A stretch of DNA of 63,409 nucleotides, filler included, from Lenisia limosa (GCA_001655205.1; 8 parts of 8 records of this genome joined end to end with filler, not necessarily neighbours in it); one strand, 5' to 3'. Positions 25,701 to 39,419 are shown, counted from the whole stretch's first letter. The notes: generated by a model from the sequence alone, not told the origin. Made by a program: numbers and translations.

Positions 25701-28700
25701 GAAATGGCCGAATATCGCATCATTGTTGGGGGGAATGAAACGGCCGAATATCGCACCATTGTTGAGGGAAAAGGGTGCAATTCCACAAAACCATCAGCCC
25801 AATTTATTTCGTGATGAAATTGCTACTGCAATCCGCGATAGTTTGGAGCTGAGTAGTAACGACTCATTCACCACTATGATGTTGATTTGTGAAGAGTCAA
25901 GTGCTTATCAATAATCTTTGTAGAACATCGTTCAGCGAGATAGTGGCCCAAACTAACCAGTCTCTGTTTTCTACCCAAAGTGATACGCAGAAGCTGCTGC
26001 CTCAACACCTCCTCAATTCGTACATGGAAGAGGTGGGCTTTATGTTGTTCTTTTGTGCCATAGTGGGAAGGCCAGAATGTAAATGACTCATGCAGGTGGT
26101 TGCCCTTGCTCCTCCGTTCTTCAGAAGACTTCAATTCAGCTTTGGTCACTTACTTCTTGAGGAAGAACTACACAGTTCAATGTCCACAGCGTTTACCCAG
26201 GTACTCTCCTTCCGGCTTTTTGTTTAATTCCAATTGTCTGATTTCACAGGCCCTCTCTTCTGCTCTGGGTAAAGTGGCCCAAAAGACTACAGCCCACCCT
26301 ACCATCATTGCCCATTGGAAGGGTCTGTGGACAGCCTGCTACTCTGTGGTGGAGACTATCGAGGAAACTGCCCTGTTCTGTCACCCCAACGGCCTAGAGA
26401 GAGCAATCAGGTTCGCATTAATCAATTGATCAACATTACACAGTTAATCAAAGACGTATCGATATACTTGGTCCCTTAAAGAACGAAGGGCCTGATGCTC
26501 TTTGATCATCATAATATTCATCTATCTATGTAGACGAATTTGTAAAGAACCTTACATTAAAAAGCAACTTCCCGAGTCAGTCTTAATGAAGGTATGTTTA
26601 TATACCTCAATTTGAATTGTGCTTTGTGTGCAATTGAGTATCTTCACAGTTTTATTGTGCTGTGACAATTACAGATAATGCTCCCCTGGGACTTATCCAA
26701 TCTGGCTTCTTTGAAAGACAAATTGCTACGCGAATTGAACAATATCACACAGGTTGGGTCAAATGGATCACCCTATTGAAAGGGATTATCAAAAACTTAT
26801 CATTGTCGTGATGCAGTTACCAATAATGCTAACAGACCAATGACTTTGGTCGAGTTCTCCCAGCCTTCCTCAGGCATTTTGCGCAGCTCCCAAGGAATAA
26901 ACACGGCCTCGTGGCCATGGTTGGTCGCAGGGTCCCTTGAATAGCTCACCATCTCACCCCCTCTTGAATAGCTAACCATCTCACTCCACCTGTAGGCATC
27001 CGCGATGCCTGTGAGCTTTGGCGTTGCACTCTTCCAGACAGCCACTGCGTCTGATATTGAGATATCCAACAGCCATGCACGGAAAATCATCATGTCATTT
27101 TCTGCCGTATCAGGTACTCGGGACTGGGTCATCAGCACAATAAAATGAACAACCAGATTTAGTTTTTTTTTCACATTTCTTTTGTTACATCGGTCCACAA
27201 CTACTGAACCTTTAAAGGATTCTTATGACTCAAGGTGGTGTGCTATTTGAAAGCACTCTCAACAATGCTCTTCAATCTGCCCTCTCCGATGAACTCATCC
27301 CAGGTCTTATCAAGAACTTATCTCTAGTTTCCTCTGTCGAAGGTGAGTCCGCGCAGCCTTTTTGCCTCATTTCCCTCAGACGCTGCCGACATCGCAACTT
27401 CAATCGAAACGGTCTTGGACAGACAGGGACTAGGACAAATCTCGCGTATGCTTATGACTCGTCCCTAATTTTTATTTTCCTGTACTGACTCCTCAGAACT
27501 TATTAAGTCTTTGACAAGCAAAGTACTCCACCAATCTCTTTACAGTTCTCTCTTTGAACAAGTTGCTAAGATCTTGTGTCAAGCCACAGATAAGGTTGGG
27601 TTTCTCTTGAAGACTGCATTCACACACCCCCGCGCTCTAGCATTTGTTTCATAAATCGCTGCCCCCTTTTGTCATGATTTGTAGAACAGAGTTAATTCTG
27701 AGCAGCACTTTTTGCACCCTTTCCTTACCATCAAATCTAACCGTTCAGAGTCTTGTGACTGCAGTGTCGTCTGTTTTGAGCATGATGCCCGTCAGGCAGT
27801 GCAAAGAACAGTACTGGGGTCAGGCAGTGCAAAGAACAGTAATTGGGTCAGGCAGTTCAAAGAACTACTTGATTCAGGCAGTGCAAAGAACAGTACTGGG
27901 GTCAGGCAGTGCAAAGAACAATACTGGGGTCAGGCAGTGCAAAGAACAATAATTGGGTTAGGCAGTGCAAAGAACTACTTGGTTCAGGCAGTGCAAAGAA
28001 CAGTACTGGGGTCAGGCAGTGCAAAGGACAGTATTTGGGTCAGGCAGTGGGTAGTGCAAAGAACTACTTGGATGTTCTTTTTTATTTGTTATGTTTTTAA
28101 CTGTCTCAGAAGTACATCTTTGGGAGCTGAAGAGTACATTTGTAAGCCTTGCCGCGTTGCAATACCGTCGTTTTACATGAAATACCTAATCCCCACCACC
28201 CATGACAATCCCATCTCTACTACCATCTATGCTCATCCCTTAGCACCAAGCGAAGCCTCCAGAATGTCAGTGTCAATTCTACTGTCGGCTATTCCCCCGA
28301 AGGCGCTTATGCCTAGTGTGGGCCTTGGGGCACCACAATCACAGCAGTTTGGCTTGTCTCACAACACAGGCTATATGGAGTGCCTGCTTTGCTATTTGCG
28401 CGTCGTCCACCGACGTCTTTTCTGACACTGAGGTATTGTTCAAACTGAGAAACAATATATTACATCTTAGAAATAAGAAAGGAAACAGACTGTACACAAA
28501 ACCATCAGAAATAAATCCTCTTTAGATACCAAGTACTGTTCTGTGCTTGCTCATCGTCTCTGACCTTTGTAGAGCGCAGCTTGGTTGTTGCAAAGCAGGT
28601 TCACCTCAGTAACGGAAACCGTCATCACCACTCTCACCCAAAGCGTACGTTTCTCATCTTGATGAAGGCCTTCCATGTAACCTGTTTTAGATCAGAACAG

Positions 28701-30650
28701 AAGTGCAACTGGGTCCTCTCACGGCGGCAATTCAGAACAAAGTAACGCGGCTCTCGAAGGCTGAGGGGTGTTCACTCCCTATCAGAGTTATTTCAACATC
28801 TAACCGCATAGTCCATGGAGCTCTTGGAGTCAGAGGAGCTTGAATCACTGGCTGTGGATCTCACGAAATCGGTATGTGGTGCCAGCCTTTTCAAAGGCTC
28901 ATCCTAGGGGACCTTTTACCCTCCAAGCTTATTGACGTTTTTGCCGAGAACACGAACCGATTCACCACTATCATCAAAAACAGTATCACTTCTTCATCGG
29001 CCAGGTAAGCCTTCCAAAGCCCCTTTATCAAATGTCATCCGCTGTTAACCTTCTTAGGGGGGAAATGACGTCATTGCTCTCTGAAAACGTGAAATATGTA
29101 AGGCGGTGGTTCATCATCCACAATACCCTTACATATCTAACTCTTCAAATAGGTGATCAAAGACATCAAAAGTATCCTTGACGATACAGCGCTGTCCCTG
29201 GTCTGTCCCTTATTGAATCGGTCTGCTCCAGGGCTTACTGTTCACATATCATCCGTTGACTCACAACATAGGGTGGAGGAGCTGCTTTTGGAATCGCCGC
29301 AGATGCTTGGCACTCTTGTGAATCGGATAATCCAAATCTTAACACAATCGATTGGTTAGCTTTCCTTTATGATCGCATGGCACATGCAAACTTCACAAGC
29401 AGAAAAGCCAAAATGAACATATCATATGAATAGAATATGAGTGACTATTAATCGGTTGTGCTTCATAACAGAAGCTTGCGAGAGTTTCACAGTAAACACT
29501 TCAGAGGGGCTGAAATCTCATGCACAACACATTACGAGCACTCTTCTTGGGGGTTTAGAGTCAGGCAACTGGAAGAAGGCTATTGCAGTTTGGGGCTAAC
29601 TATTTGAGGGCTTTTATTGGAACATGTGGAATTACTTTGCAGGAAATTACGCCGATTCTCATTATGAACTCCCACGGTCTTCTCTCCAAGATTATCACGG
29701 CTCTTATCGAGACTGGTGGGTCTCTAACTAAAGGGTATTGAACCCTCTTCTTTTCAATCTTCAAAAATGATAACCTTGCTTGCTTCATACTTATATACAT
29801 AAGTTATCAACCCCCCCTAACTTATGGAATAAGTGTAATGACCCCCCACCCCCCAGTTCTTCCAGCAGACCTTCTTGACGCCANNNNNNNNNNNNNNNNN
29901 NNNNNNNNNNNNNNNNNNNNNNNNNNNNNNNNNNNNNNNNNNNNNNNNNNNNNNNNNNNNNNNNNNNNNNNNNNNNNNNNNNNNNNNNNNNNNNNNNATG
30001 TTTTTGATTGTGATAATAGTCTCTCTTGAAACAAAACCCAGGTTCTCACTTTGGTAGCTTCTCAGTAGCTCTCAACATTTGCACTACCTTCACACTCTTC
30101 GAAGTTGCTCCAAGTTTTTCAACATCGAGCACATTACATCATCCCTTCGTAAGCCTGTTGTGAACTGTTTTGCTAATCTGTCGCGTATTTGAAACCATTT
30201 TCTGCTAACCTCACAGTACCTACACTGCTCTCTGAGTCGCAACAGTTTTTGCCCGAGGATCTCGTCAACTATGCGGCTATCATGACCGAGATTTTCAATG
30301 ATGAAGTGGGCAGCGGGGTAGTTGGCTGTTTTTGCTCCCAATTGAAGCGAAAAGTTCGTGTCAAGTTCACGCTCAAGTCTTTCAAATATTATTGGGGTGG
30401 GGGGTGACATAATCATTGTATTGCATTATTACCTATTCTAAGGTTTTCCCGGAGTTGAAGAGATCAGTTCCGCAATCTGATAGCGTCCTTAATGCGATTC
30501 GCAAACTAGGCAGCCACCCCAGTGACATGGCTGAGGAGCGTCAGAAAGGCTTCAGCGTACTGTTGCCCACTCTCAAAGCTGTAACTGGCCCGAATATTGA
30601 AGTCAGTTTGGTTGTTCTTGGTTCAAAAATATTGTGCTTTGACTGCATGA
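22751..30650 (+). CDS. Very large hypothetical helical protein (more than 30 exons); boundaries uncertain, may be continuous with the upstream gene
   Basis: Chain of GT-AG exons, e.g. GSLDGDTTGQFKDIVHDSVTKWTVRDALYSLRQQTQ, NSEQPEVINLLDAVFSSITLDIVNSRTILA, AFLRHFAQLPRNKHGLVAM; Leu/Ser-rich; no motif recognised. Confidence 0.6.
22778..22992 (+). repeat. Hairpin-bearing intronic repeat, longest copy
   Basis: Aligns by eye over ~200 nt with 61857-62063. Core also at 10335-10432(+), 14381-14475(-), 21322-21348(+), 31862-31985(-), 35376-35490(-), 38372-38432(-), 45261-45295(-), 49531-49600(-). Confidence 0.8.
24087..24222. repeat. 26-bp minisatellite x5 starting at an exon end/5' splice site
   Basis: Unit CGATATGCTACAG|GTCTGATAAGT(G/A)G. 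Confidence 0.95.
27791..28070. repeat. ~28-bp minisatellite, about 10 copies, starting at an exon end/5' splice site
   Basis: Unit GTCAGGCAGTGCAAAGAACA|GTACTGGG with variants. Confidence 0.95.
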
Positions 30651-30951
30651 TCTTCCAACGAAATAAGACATATCGATATAGGTCACTTAACACAACCGCG
30701 AACACTCACATAACCGCGAACGCTTTTTTAAATATNNNNNNNNNNNNNNNNNNNNNNNNNNNNNNNNNNNNNNNNNNNNTTAATTAATTAANNNNNNNNN
30801 NNNNNNNNNNNNNNNNNNNNNNNNNNNNNNNNNNNAGTTCAAAAAAATAAAATTGGAATATACAGAATTGTCACAAAATAAAAATCTCATGGGGATGAGT
30901 CTCATAATATCAAAAAAAATAAGTATCAGTTAAACCCAGGGTCTACAAACC

Positions 30952-33618
30952 TCAAGGTCGATATCGGGTTGTCGAAGAGCAAGCTTCATCAGTTTCGCAT
31001 CTCCAGCTGAAAATTAAATACTGATCATAGAAGCAATAAAAGGCAACTCTTCCACCTCTTTCTAAACGATAGAGAAAAGACAGTTNNNNNNNNNNNNNNN
31101 NNNNNNNNNNNNNNNNNNNNNNNNNNNNNNNNNNNNNNNNNNNNNNNNNNNNNNNNNNNNNNNNNNNNNNNNNNNNNNNNNNNNNNNNNNNNNNNNNNNN
31201 NNNNNNNNCTCCAACGTCCAAGTCATAAGGCCCGGCTGAGAGGAGAACGTGGCAACACTGCAATAATGTAAGTAGGGCTTCACTTCGGTTCGAAAAAGAC
31301 CAGTAAAATATTGATAGTTTTTGAGGTTTTATCAAGAAATTCAGTCTTTTTTCGAACCGAAGTGAGGCCCTAATTGTAAGGTGTTAAAAAGAGGCAACAC
31401 TGCTATACTATCACTGCCTCATTGGAAAGATCGGAAAATGATGATGTTTCTCTTACTCTTCCGATTATCCCCTAATCAAGCCTAAATCAGAGAAACTTCC
31501 TTGTAAAAAGGATCACAGCAACAATTAGAAAGTCGTGTTTTAAAAGCAGAAATGCCACTTAGTGTCTATCCACACCTCAAGGTGCCCTCTCTCCGCGGCC
31601 AAAAGGAGGGCGTTGAGGGGGTCAAACTCCAGGGGCAGACAGAGAATGGCACTTGCTGGGGACACTGCAAGAATGAGCGCAATGATATGTAGCGAATAGG
31701 GAAAGTGATTTAAATTGATTTGAGAAACTATTATGTCAATGCTTGAGTCGTAATCTGTCGTAGCCTCTACAGCAGGGAATAGTCATAAGAATAAAACCCG
31801 ATTTTTGCCAATGATTTCATTTCGATATGTATACTGTCTATGTCATATGTGGAGATAAAACAAGGTTGTATCAGGCCGAAGCCGTCCACCATCACGTAAG
31901 CAATATTGGATTATTGTATATACTAATAGTCACCCAACATTTGCCATAAAAATCTGTACACATAGCTTTCTACGAGCCTCCCAGTATATAATAATACATG
32001 ATATACTATGTACTATGACAAATGTGTCATACTACTTCGCAAATATACATACAAGCGACATGAATTAAAAATATGAGAGCAAATACCCAAAGTTTCAGTT
32101 GGCCGAAAAGCATCGCCATCTGTTATTGCATCTATCACTCCCTATCAATAGGACTTCCCTTCGGTCCGAAAAAAAGATTGAATTATCCCCAAAATCATCT
32201 CTTTTGGGGATCTCAGTGAAACCTTACTTCTCCCCACAATGTTTCAGCAAGACTTTCAATGTTTCTGGGAAGTTACCACTCGCGGCAGCCGTGAAAACAG
32301 TCCAATCATCATTGGCAATTGTCTCTACATTGGCTCCCTGAGATAATAAGTTTTTCTGACTTGGAAATACCAGTGTAAGATTCTCCGTTATAATTATTCA
32401 GAAGTATAAAAAAATATACGACATCAAACTGACCTCACTCTTCTTGAAATTAGTTGTATTGTATTAAAATGATGTGTGTCTGGAATAATGTGTGTGTACG
32501 CCAGTATTATGTCCGTAATCTATAAAAACGCTTTAACATTACTCTCTACCCCTTCAAGCTGGTTTAAAAAGCCAAGCTTTTACCTCATATAAATATGGGG
32601 TCCCTCCCAATTAACAAATACTACAACATCCACCAACATGTTTCAATAGAAGCTCGCAAAATTCGGTATTGCCATGAAAAGCCTGGAAAATCAGGGTATG
32701 GGAACAAGACTATTTCAGAAAGTAGAGTAACACAAGATGTACAAAAAAAACTACTATTTCAATAATCCAGATGAGAGATACAGAAATTAGGTTCAGAATA
32801 GAGATTAACACGTCAATCATCTTTAGAAGGGCAATTATTCGCAGTAAAATCAAACACTGTCTTTGTATTAGTTTTATGTAAGGTTGAAGGTATGGTCCAA
32901 TCAATTCGAAATTGAATTGCATTACTGTTGGATAGTTCTTTCAGAAAAGCCGCCATATTTTGAAAAGAGTTCCTACCGCAACAAAAAGTGGGGTCTGATC
33001 TTGGTGGTCTGTAGGATCGACTTCGCATTTCTGGACGAAGTAAATGCAGAGCAAATGAAAAAGAAGTTGGAAGAGGCCTTGAGATATCACAAAACAGTTA
33101 GGTCAAAATCTTGCTCCTCATTTCTCTTCACACTTGTGGCATTTCAGAATAATATTCATATGACTCCGTTAAAGTATGACATACAGGCAAACAAGTTGAA
33201 AATAGTAAAAGGCTTAGTCATGAGTTGCAAGAAGGATCACTAACCGATTCCAAAAGTGCCATTCCTATTTCAATGTGGGAATACAGTGCAGCATAGTGAA
33301 GTGGCGTGCGTTTCTCAAAACTAATTCAGTAAGATTACACAGCATTTACCACGGAAGAACGGAGAGTGCCTACCATCTTGCATTGGCATCGCAGCCTGCG
33401 TTCAGTAAATGTCTCAGACACTCTTTCTTATTCGCAATAGCTGCAACATGAAGTGCACAAAGACCCGATTTAGGGTCAGGGCACTTAGCAGCGTCAATTG
33501 CCGAGACACCACCCATCCTCAGATAAGCATCTACATCGCCGCATCGCCCGCTGAATAACGCCGCATGTAGTGGTGCAATGGTGTTTACAAGGACAGCTGC
33601 CGACGATTGCCTCTCCAT
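30952..33618 (-). CDS. Ankyrin-repeat protein, partial
   Basis: GLCALHVAAIANKKECLRHLLNAGCDANA, TPLHYAALYSHIEIGMALLES, GANVETIANDDWTVFTAAASGNFPETLKVLLKH, NALLLAAERGHLE. Confidence 0.85.
31273..31372. mobile_element. MITE family A full copy
   Basis: TA-GGGCTTCACTTCGGTTCGAAAAAGAC...GTCTTTTTTCGAACCGAAGTGAGGCCC-TA. Confidence 0.9.
32149..32226. mobile_element. MITE family A degenerate copy
   Basis: TAGGACTTCCCTTCGGTCCGAAAAAAAGA...GTGAAACCTTA. Confidence 0.6.
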
Positions 33619-34160
33619 TTCGAACTTCACTCTCACCTAGCAATCAAAAGCGGTGTGTAATCGTGTTCTCCAGATACTACAGATAAATAACCTCTAATTT
33701 AAGAAAAAGAAGTTCAAAAATCCAACAAACAAGAGATAAGGGGAAAAGAAATAATAAATTATCCATCCACTCCTTTTAACCAAAACTTATTGTTCCTCAG
33801 TCCTCGAGGACTTAATTAGGTACATCTAGGTGACAGTAGGGAGAAAAGCAGAAAATACCCTCCACCACCAGTCTAAATTCTTCTTGAAGTTTCGCCGACA
33901 CCTATTACAGGTAAGAATTGAACATCTTCTTGTGTCATATAAGTTGTATTGTTATGGTATGGATAGTAATAGTTATTCTAAAATAGCCTGCCATTTTCCT
34001 TTGGTAAAAGAGCGGATAACCTTCGGATAATCAACTTATTGTTGAACAGTTATGATTTGTAAAATAACATTCCAACATATCCGTCTCCAACTAAATATTT
34101 TGAAATGGAGTAGATTCGCCTTCTTCGAATTAATAATATAAATGGAACACTTACGTCCAG

Positions 34161-36870
34161 ATGAGCGCAGTCGATAAGGCAGGTGCCGCCAAGGAGAAGG
34201 GCGACCAGATGGTTGCCAAACTGAGCGAAGGCGACAGTGGGGGGGGGGGGGGNNNNNNNNNNNNNNNNNNNNNNNNNNNNNNNNNNNNNNNNNNNNNNNN
34301 NNNNNNNNNNNNNNNNNNNNNNNNNNNNNNNNTGTCTGGGATTTAAGTATAAAAGGTTGTTGTAATAGAGATTGATGTGATTTTGAAATCACGTTGATTG
34401 AATTTGAATCATTCCACTCTCACGATATAATGTAGTACATATAATTCTACGTTTGGGATCAAACTAACATTTTTGCATAATATTCTGGTTACTATTTTAA
34501 CCCCGTAGAGCTAGGAACTGAACTTCCTGAGCCAGTCCAGAGATACTGCCCGATGTGCGGAATTTGCTGCATTTGGATCACCATCATCCTGATCATGTCA
34601 TCGTGTGGGTTTATTTGATGATTATGACTTTGTTTTATTATTTTCTTTGCTAACAGAGCTGTCCGGGGGGGGGGGATATTTCAGAAGTTTTCCATTTTTA
34701 CTNNNNNNNNNNNNNNNNNNNNNNNNNNNNNNNNNNNNNNNNNNNNNNNNNNNNNNNNNNNNNNNNNNNNNNNNNNNNNNNNNNNNNNNNNNNNNNNNTT
34801 CTACTCCGAGGAGTACATGGACGAGGGCAAGTTGAAGGTCGGGAGGCAGTCCGAACAAACTTCTGACTACAATGACGACTATGAAAAGTTCTACAACCGA
34901 TTCAACCTTTTCGTATGCGGGAGGATGCCACAGTTGGCCTTTTTTTTATTACCTTTCGCCGATACTTTCACCACAATCGAAAGATTAATCTAAAAATGGA
35001 TACTGTCATTAGGGCTTCACTTCAGGCCGAAAAATACCGGGGAAATATCGATAGCTTTCGAGGATTTATCGAGAAATTCAAACCAAAGTGAAGCCCTAAC
35101 TATCATACGATTATGGTGAGAGTATTCTCATGCTACACTAAAGCCGAAGTAATCCAGTATCCTCTTTCCACAGCTCACCCTTCCAGTTCTACCTTGCCTA
35201 CCTCCCGCTACTCTTTTCGGTGGTCGCCACTTTAGCCCGTGCCGTGGAGCTGGTTTACGTTCTCATCAAGTCCATTCCCCTTGCCGGTGACTATGTGCGA
35301 CGGAAGTATTTGACTAAACTTTGGGGTTTACCATTTGCTCGATTCTCAGTGTGATATTATAGAGATAAGAAGTAAAACAGGTTGTATCTGGTCAAAGCCG
35401 TCCACACCATCACGATTATTAGAGATATTGAATTATAGTATAATATCAGTTCAGCTAATCATTTACATTACAACTTTGTGCACTCCTCGGCATAAGACAT
35501 GATACCATCAGATCGGACAACTCTGATTCTTACCATTTAGTTTGGCGGCATGATTTCCTCCAAGCTCTGCAGACTTTGTTCTCTCTGTTGCCTTGCCTCA
35601 ATCTTTGTACTCAGTCTTCTCTTCTTCTCGTGAGTAGTTTTCTCTCTTTTGCTTTAATTTGGTTCAATTCGTCTCAGCCGGTCAAGTGTGGAAGCACTGT
35701 TGTGAATTTAAGCCAGGCTTTTTTTTTTGTGCCGAGGTGAAGCTGTGGTTAATTCCTTTTACCAAAATCACCATCCATCCACCTTCAAATCACTCACATT
35801 GACCAGAAGAACGCACACTCCACTCACATTCCAGACTTTTCCACACTGGAGCGTGTGAAAATGACTCGGACCCGAACACTGAAATCGACCTCTGTAGAGG
35901 TGGGATAGAACTCCAAGATATGATCCATTAATCTGTCTTCAACATGCTCTACCAAAATTTGTCAGCTGTCAAGGATGGATCATTAAAGAGGCAAACTTAT
36001 CACCTCGCTCACATATGATATATTATAATATTGTGAAAATTTCCTTTTATTATTTCAGATGCATTGGGCGACTCATTCTTCGGATCGAAAAACGAGGAGA
36101 ACTGGGAGGCGTCATGGGGTCCGTCAACTGGCTTCTTTGTTCTCCTCATGATGGTGTCATGTTGTATTCGTGAGGGAGGGTTACGGGTTTTGCTGCTGTT
36201 TTTTTCTCAATAATATCTAATAACCACCAGCTTAGCTTGTACATATGATACTATCATCTCATCCCCATCTTCACCATCCATACCCCTCCTCCTATCAATC
36301 CACAACCCAGCTATCATACCCCTCCTCCTATCAATCCACAACCCAGCTATCATACCACCTCCCCCTGAGGGCTTTGTTAGTTTTGTTGTTATCAAACCTC
36401 GTGTTTTGTTGGCCAACAGAGTTGATTCGGGCTTTTTTGTTTCATAAATTTTATTTACCCCCCTCCCCCCTTCGCTGGAGTGATGAGATGCGGTGCTGCA
36501 GAAGCTGGAGTGATGAGATGTGGTGCTGCAGAAGCTGGAGTGATGGGATGCGGTGCTGCAGAAGCTGGAGTGATGAGATGCGGTGCTGCAGAAGCTGGAG
36601 TGATGGNNNNNNNNNNNNNNNNNNNNNNNNNNNNNNNNNNNNNNNNNNNNNNNNNNNNNNNNNNNNNNNNNNNNNNNNNNNNNNNNNNNNNNNNNNNNNN
36701 NNNNNNNNNNNNNNNNNNNNNNNNNNNNNNNNNNNNNNNNNNNNNNNNNNNNNNNNNNNNNNNNNNNNNNNNNNNNNNNNNNNNNNNNNNNNNNNNNNNN
36801 NNNNNNNNNNNNNNNNNNCCCGGATGAGGTTGAAGCACCGGCAGCTGCAGCCCCTGCGGCTAAGGCTTAG
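34161..36870 (+). CDS. Hypothetical multi-pass membrane protein with Ala/Glu-rich tail
   Basis: Exons YSEEYMDEGK, SPFQFYLAYLPLLFSVVATLARAVELVYVLIKSIPLA, NWEASWGPSTGFFVLLMMVS; ends PDEVEAPAAAAPAAKA with TAG at 36868-36870. Confidence 0.6.
35010..35098. mobile_element. MITE family A copy
   Basis: TA-GGGCTTCACTTC...AAAGTGAAGCCC-TA with conserved core. Confidence 0.88.
36474..36606. repeat. 30-bp minisatellite (at least 4 copies, runs into N gap)
   Basis: Unit GCTGGAGTGATGAGATGCGGTGCTGCAGAA. Confidence 0.95.
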
Positions 36871-36961
36871 TTCATCTGTTCATGTGGGTGTTATGGGGTT
36901 AGTTATATGGGGTAATGTACTGTTTGCGGATGTTCAACAGAGGTACTGCATTTATTACTTC

Positions 36962-37051
36962 TAGAGCTTCACTTCGGTTCAAAAAAGACCGGTAAAAAAT
37001 CGTGGTTTATCGAGAAATTCAGTCTTTTTTTCAAACAGAAGTGAAGCCTTA
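36962..37051. mobile_element. MITE family A copy between convergent genes
   Basis: TA-GAGCTTCACTTCGG...GAAGTGAAGCCT-TA. Confidence 0.85.
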
Positions 37052-37092
37052 TTACTTCGTTGATTCGCCTCATTGTATTTGATGTTAAGCAA

Positions 37093-39130
37093 TTAAATAC
37101 ATGAAACAGGAAACGATACAAAACTATTCTTGGGACTCCTCAGGGGTCTAAAACAGTCAACATAATTCCAAAGAGACTTTATCTTTATGATCCAGGTTTC
37201 AATAGAGACTTCAATGCAAAAAAAAAAAACAAAAAAAACACTCACGGNNNNNNNNNNNNNNNNNNNNNNNNNNNNNNNNNNNNNNNNNNNNNNNNNNNNN
37301 NNNNNNNNNNNNNNNNNGGCCGCACGGCAAACGGGGCACTTATCATCGAGGTTGACAACACACTCATGGCAGACGCAAATGTGGCGACACGGCAGCAGGA
37401 GGGCATTTCGAGGCTCACTTAGACAGACCTGTGGGGGAGTAAAATTTGAAAATTTATAAAACAAAATATCATATACAAATAAACTCTGTTGGTTAAATGT
37501 GCGAGAGTTGAAAACAACAATGCACAGGGGGAGGGGTGACAGCTTTTTTCTATGTGAGTAAAATCTATAATCTATTGTGTTTTTTATGCTTCTTCATCCA
37601 CCAACCATGCATTCCTCTTCCTCGCCTTCGGCATCCTTTTCAAGCCCAAAGATATCCTAAAGCGGTCATTTTCAGCCTTCAGGGCGTTCTCAAATGGGCA
37701 TTCTTTGTAACCAATTTGATTAAAAAAAAATAGACAAATTGACAATTCAACGTTTATACAAAAGACAAATAAATGACACACAGCGTCCCACCTCGACATT
37801 GAAGGTGGCGCTATGTGTGAACGCAACCCTTCGTAGCACCCTTCCCTCTTCGGGCATCCCATCCGGGCCTAAGTAGGGCGTACCTGGGGTGTTAAATAAG
37901 CCGACAGAGGAGCGCCCTCACGTCACATTAGTTGCACGTGAACATTGAAACAGCACAGTAACAATACAGTGATATACAATCGGTATAGATGAGAGCATAG
38001 CATAGCAATCGAATTTGTTCTGATAGATGTGTGATGATCTTCAGCCAAAGATGAGTGGTGCCATGATAATAAATGAGATTAATGCTAGTTGGGCAGGGGG
38101 GTACACTAGGGCTTCACTTCGGTTCCAAAAAGATCGGTAAAAATATCGATAGTTTTTCAGGATTTATCGAGATATTTTGTCTTTTTTTCCGAAGTGAAGC
38201 CCTACTCACAACCAAGCCCACTTCTGGAGTCATCAACTTCAGTTGCCTGTGAGTCCGACGACAAAGCCCGGGTTCTCCCAGGTTCCATTGGGGGTATCAC
38301 GGGGCCCTTGCCGGAAAGTAGTGTGAGCATGGATTGGTCCTCTGTAAAAATTAGATATAGATGCGAAATAAAACAAGTTTGTATCTGGCCAAAGCCGTCC
38401 GCTGATAAGATATTGAATTATAGTAGCATATTAGAAGTATTAACCAAGAAAAGGGTATGTTGGGTGTATTAATGATAAATTCAACAAATAGGCAAGTCAG
38501 CCACAGCAGGAGCCGAATAGGAGTAAACTCATATTTACATGTAATACAACTTAGCATTCAGTGTGCCTCCTCAGAATACTAGTCCAAAATGTGGCAAACA
38601 AGAAAGTAATGAGTGCTAATCCTCCGTCCTTTACAACTTTCCATTGCATGAGAATATAATACCCTCACAGCTTACTGGTCCAAATAGCAAAAACAATGGG
38701 GACTTTGTCATCACGAGGGAGCCAATCAAGGGAAAAGGCCGAATATGCCCGGCACGGGAGAGCGGCGGGCCCTCGGGGGGTGTTTTCATCATTGGGCTGG
38801 ACGGTGCCGCGGATATAGGCTGGAATATTACGAATAGATAGTACAATTCAATGACTCAACAAGCGATATGACTTAATCTTTCCATTTGTGATACAACTGA
38901 TTGGCAGACACAATAAAACTCCAACACACTTGTGACTGATCTTAATCTCAACACTGAAATCGGCTATCCGTTCTCTTGCCGATACTAGTAAACATATTAA
39001 CTTGCCTAAACCTCAAAGCCTTGAAATGTCCCATCATACCAGGGGGAAGAGCCAATCCAAGTGTGGTATTACCGGGCAATATTGAGACTGCTGCGGTTGA
39101 GTACTTGAAATCTGCCAGATTAAAACAACG
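37093..39130 (-). CDS. RING-HC (zf-C3HC4_3, MGRN1/IAP-type) E3 ligase-like protein, partial
   Basis: VCLSEPRNALLLPCRHICVCHECVVNLDDKCPVCRAA at about 37318-37428; upstream Pro/Ser-rich exons on the same strand. Confidence 0.8.
38107..38204. mobile_element. MITE family A full copy
   Basis: TA-GGGCTTCACTTCGG...CCGAAGTGAAGCCC-TA. Confidence 0.9.
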
Positions 39131-39419
39131 ACGAAGATCAGAATTTCAATGATGTGATGTAAAACATGTAGCAGAATGAGAAGAGTAATGAGTATTCCGA
39201 GTGATGAATAGTAATATCCAGAAATGAGAAATGAAAAGACATTATTTGGGGGGAATCCTCCATATTANNNNNNNNNNNNNNNNNNNNNNNNNNNNNNNNN
39301 NNNNNNNNNNNTTAATTAATTAANNNNNNNNNNNNNNNNNNNNNNNNNNNNNNNNNNNNNNNNNNNNAAACGAACACTATGCCTCAAGAAACTACTATCT
39401 TCTCATGCAATTCCCATAT

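Noticed and set aside
27791-28070. Repeat array with variable short linkers (also 24087-24222), superficially CRISPR-like
   Set aside because: Linkers are only about 9-11 nt and are variants of one another; the unit derives from the adjacent exon end and donor; eukaryotic context with no cas genes.
27644-28425. Long ORFs of 102-237 aa here and at 36245-36964 in the ORF track
   Set aside because: They read through minisatellites, introns or N gaps and are not real single-exon genes.
30952-33618. Ankyrin-DHHC palmitoyltransferase (AKR1/ZDHHC17)
   Set aside because: No DHHC cysteine-rich motif or TM helices in the visible part.
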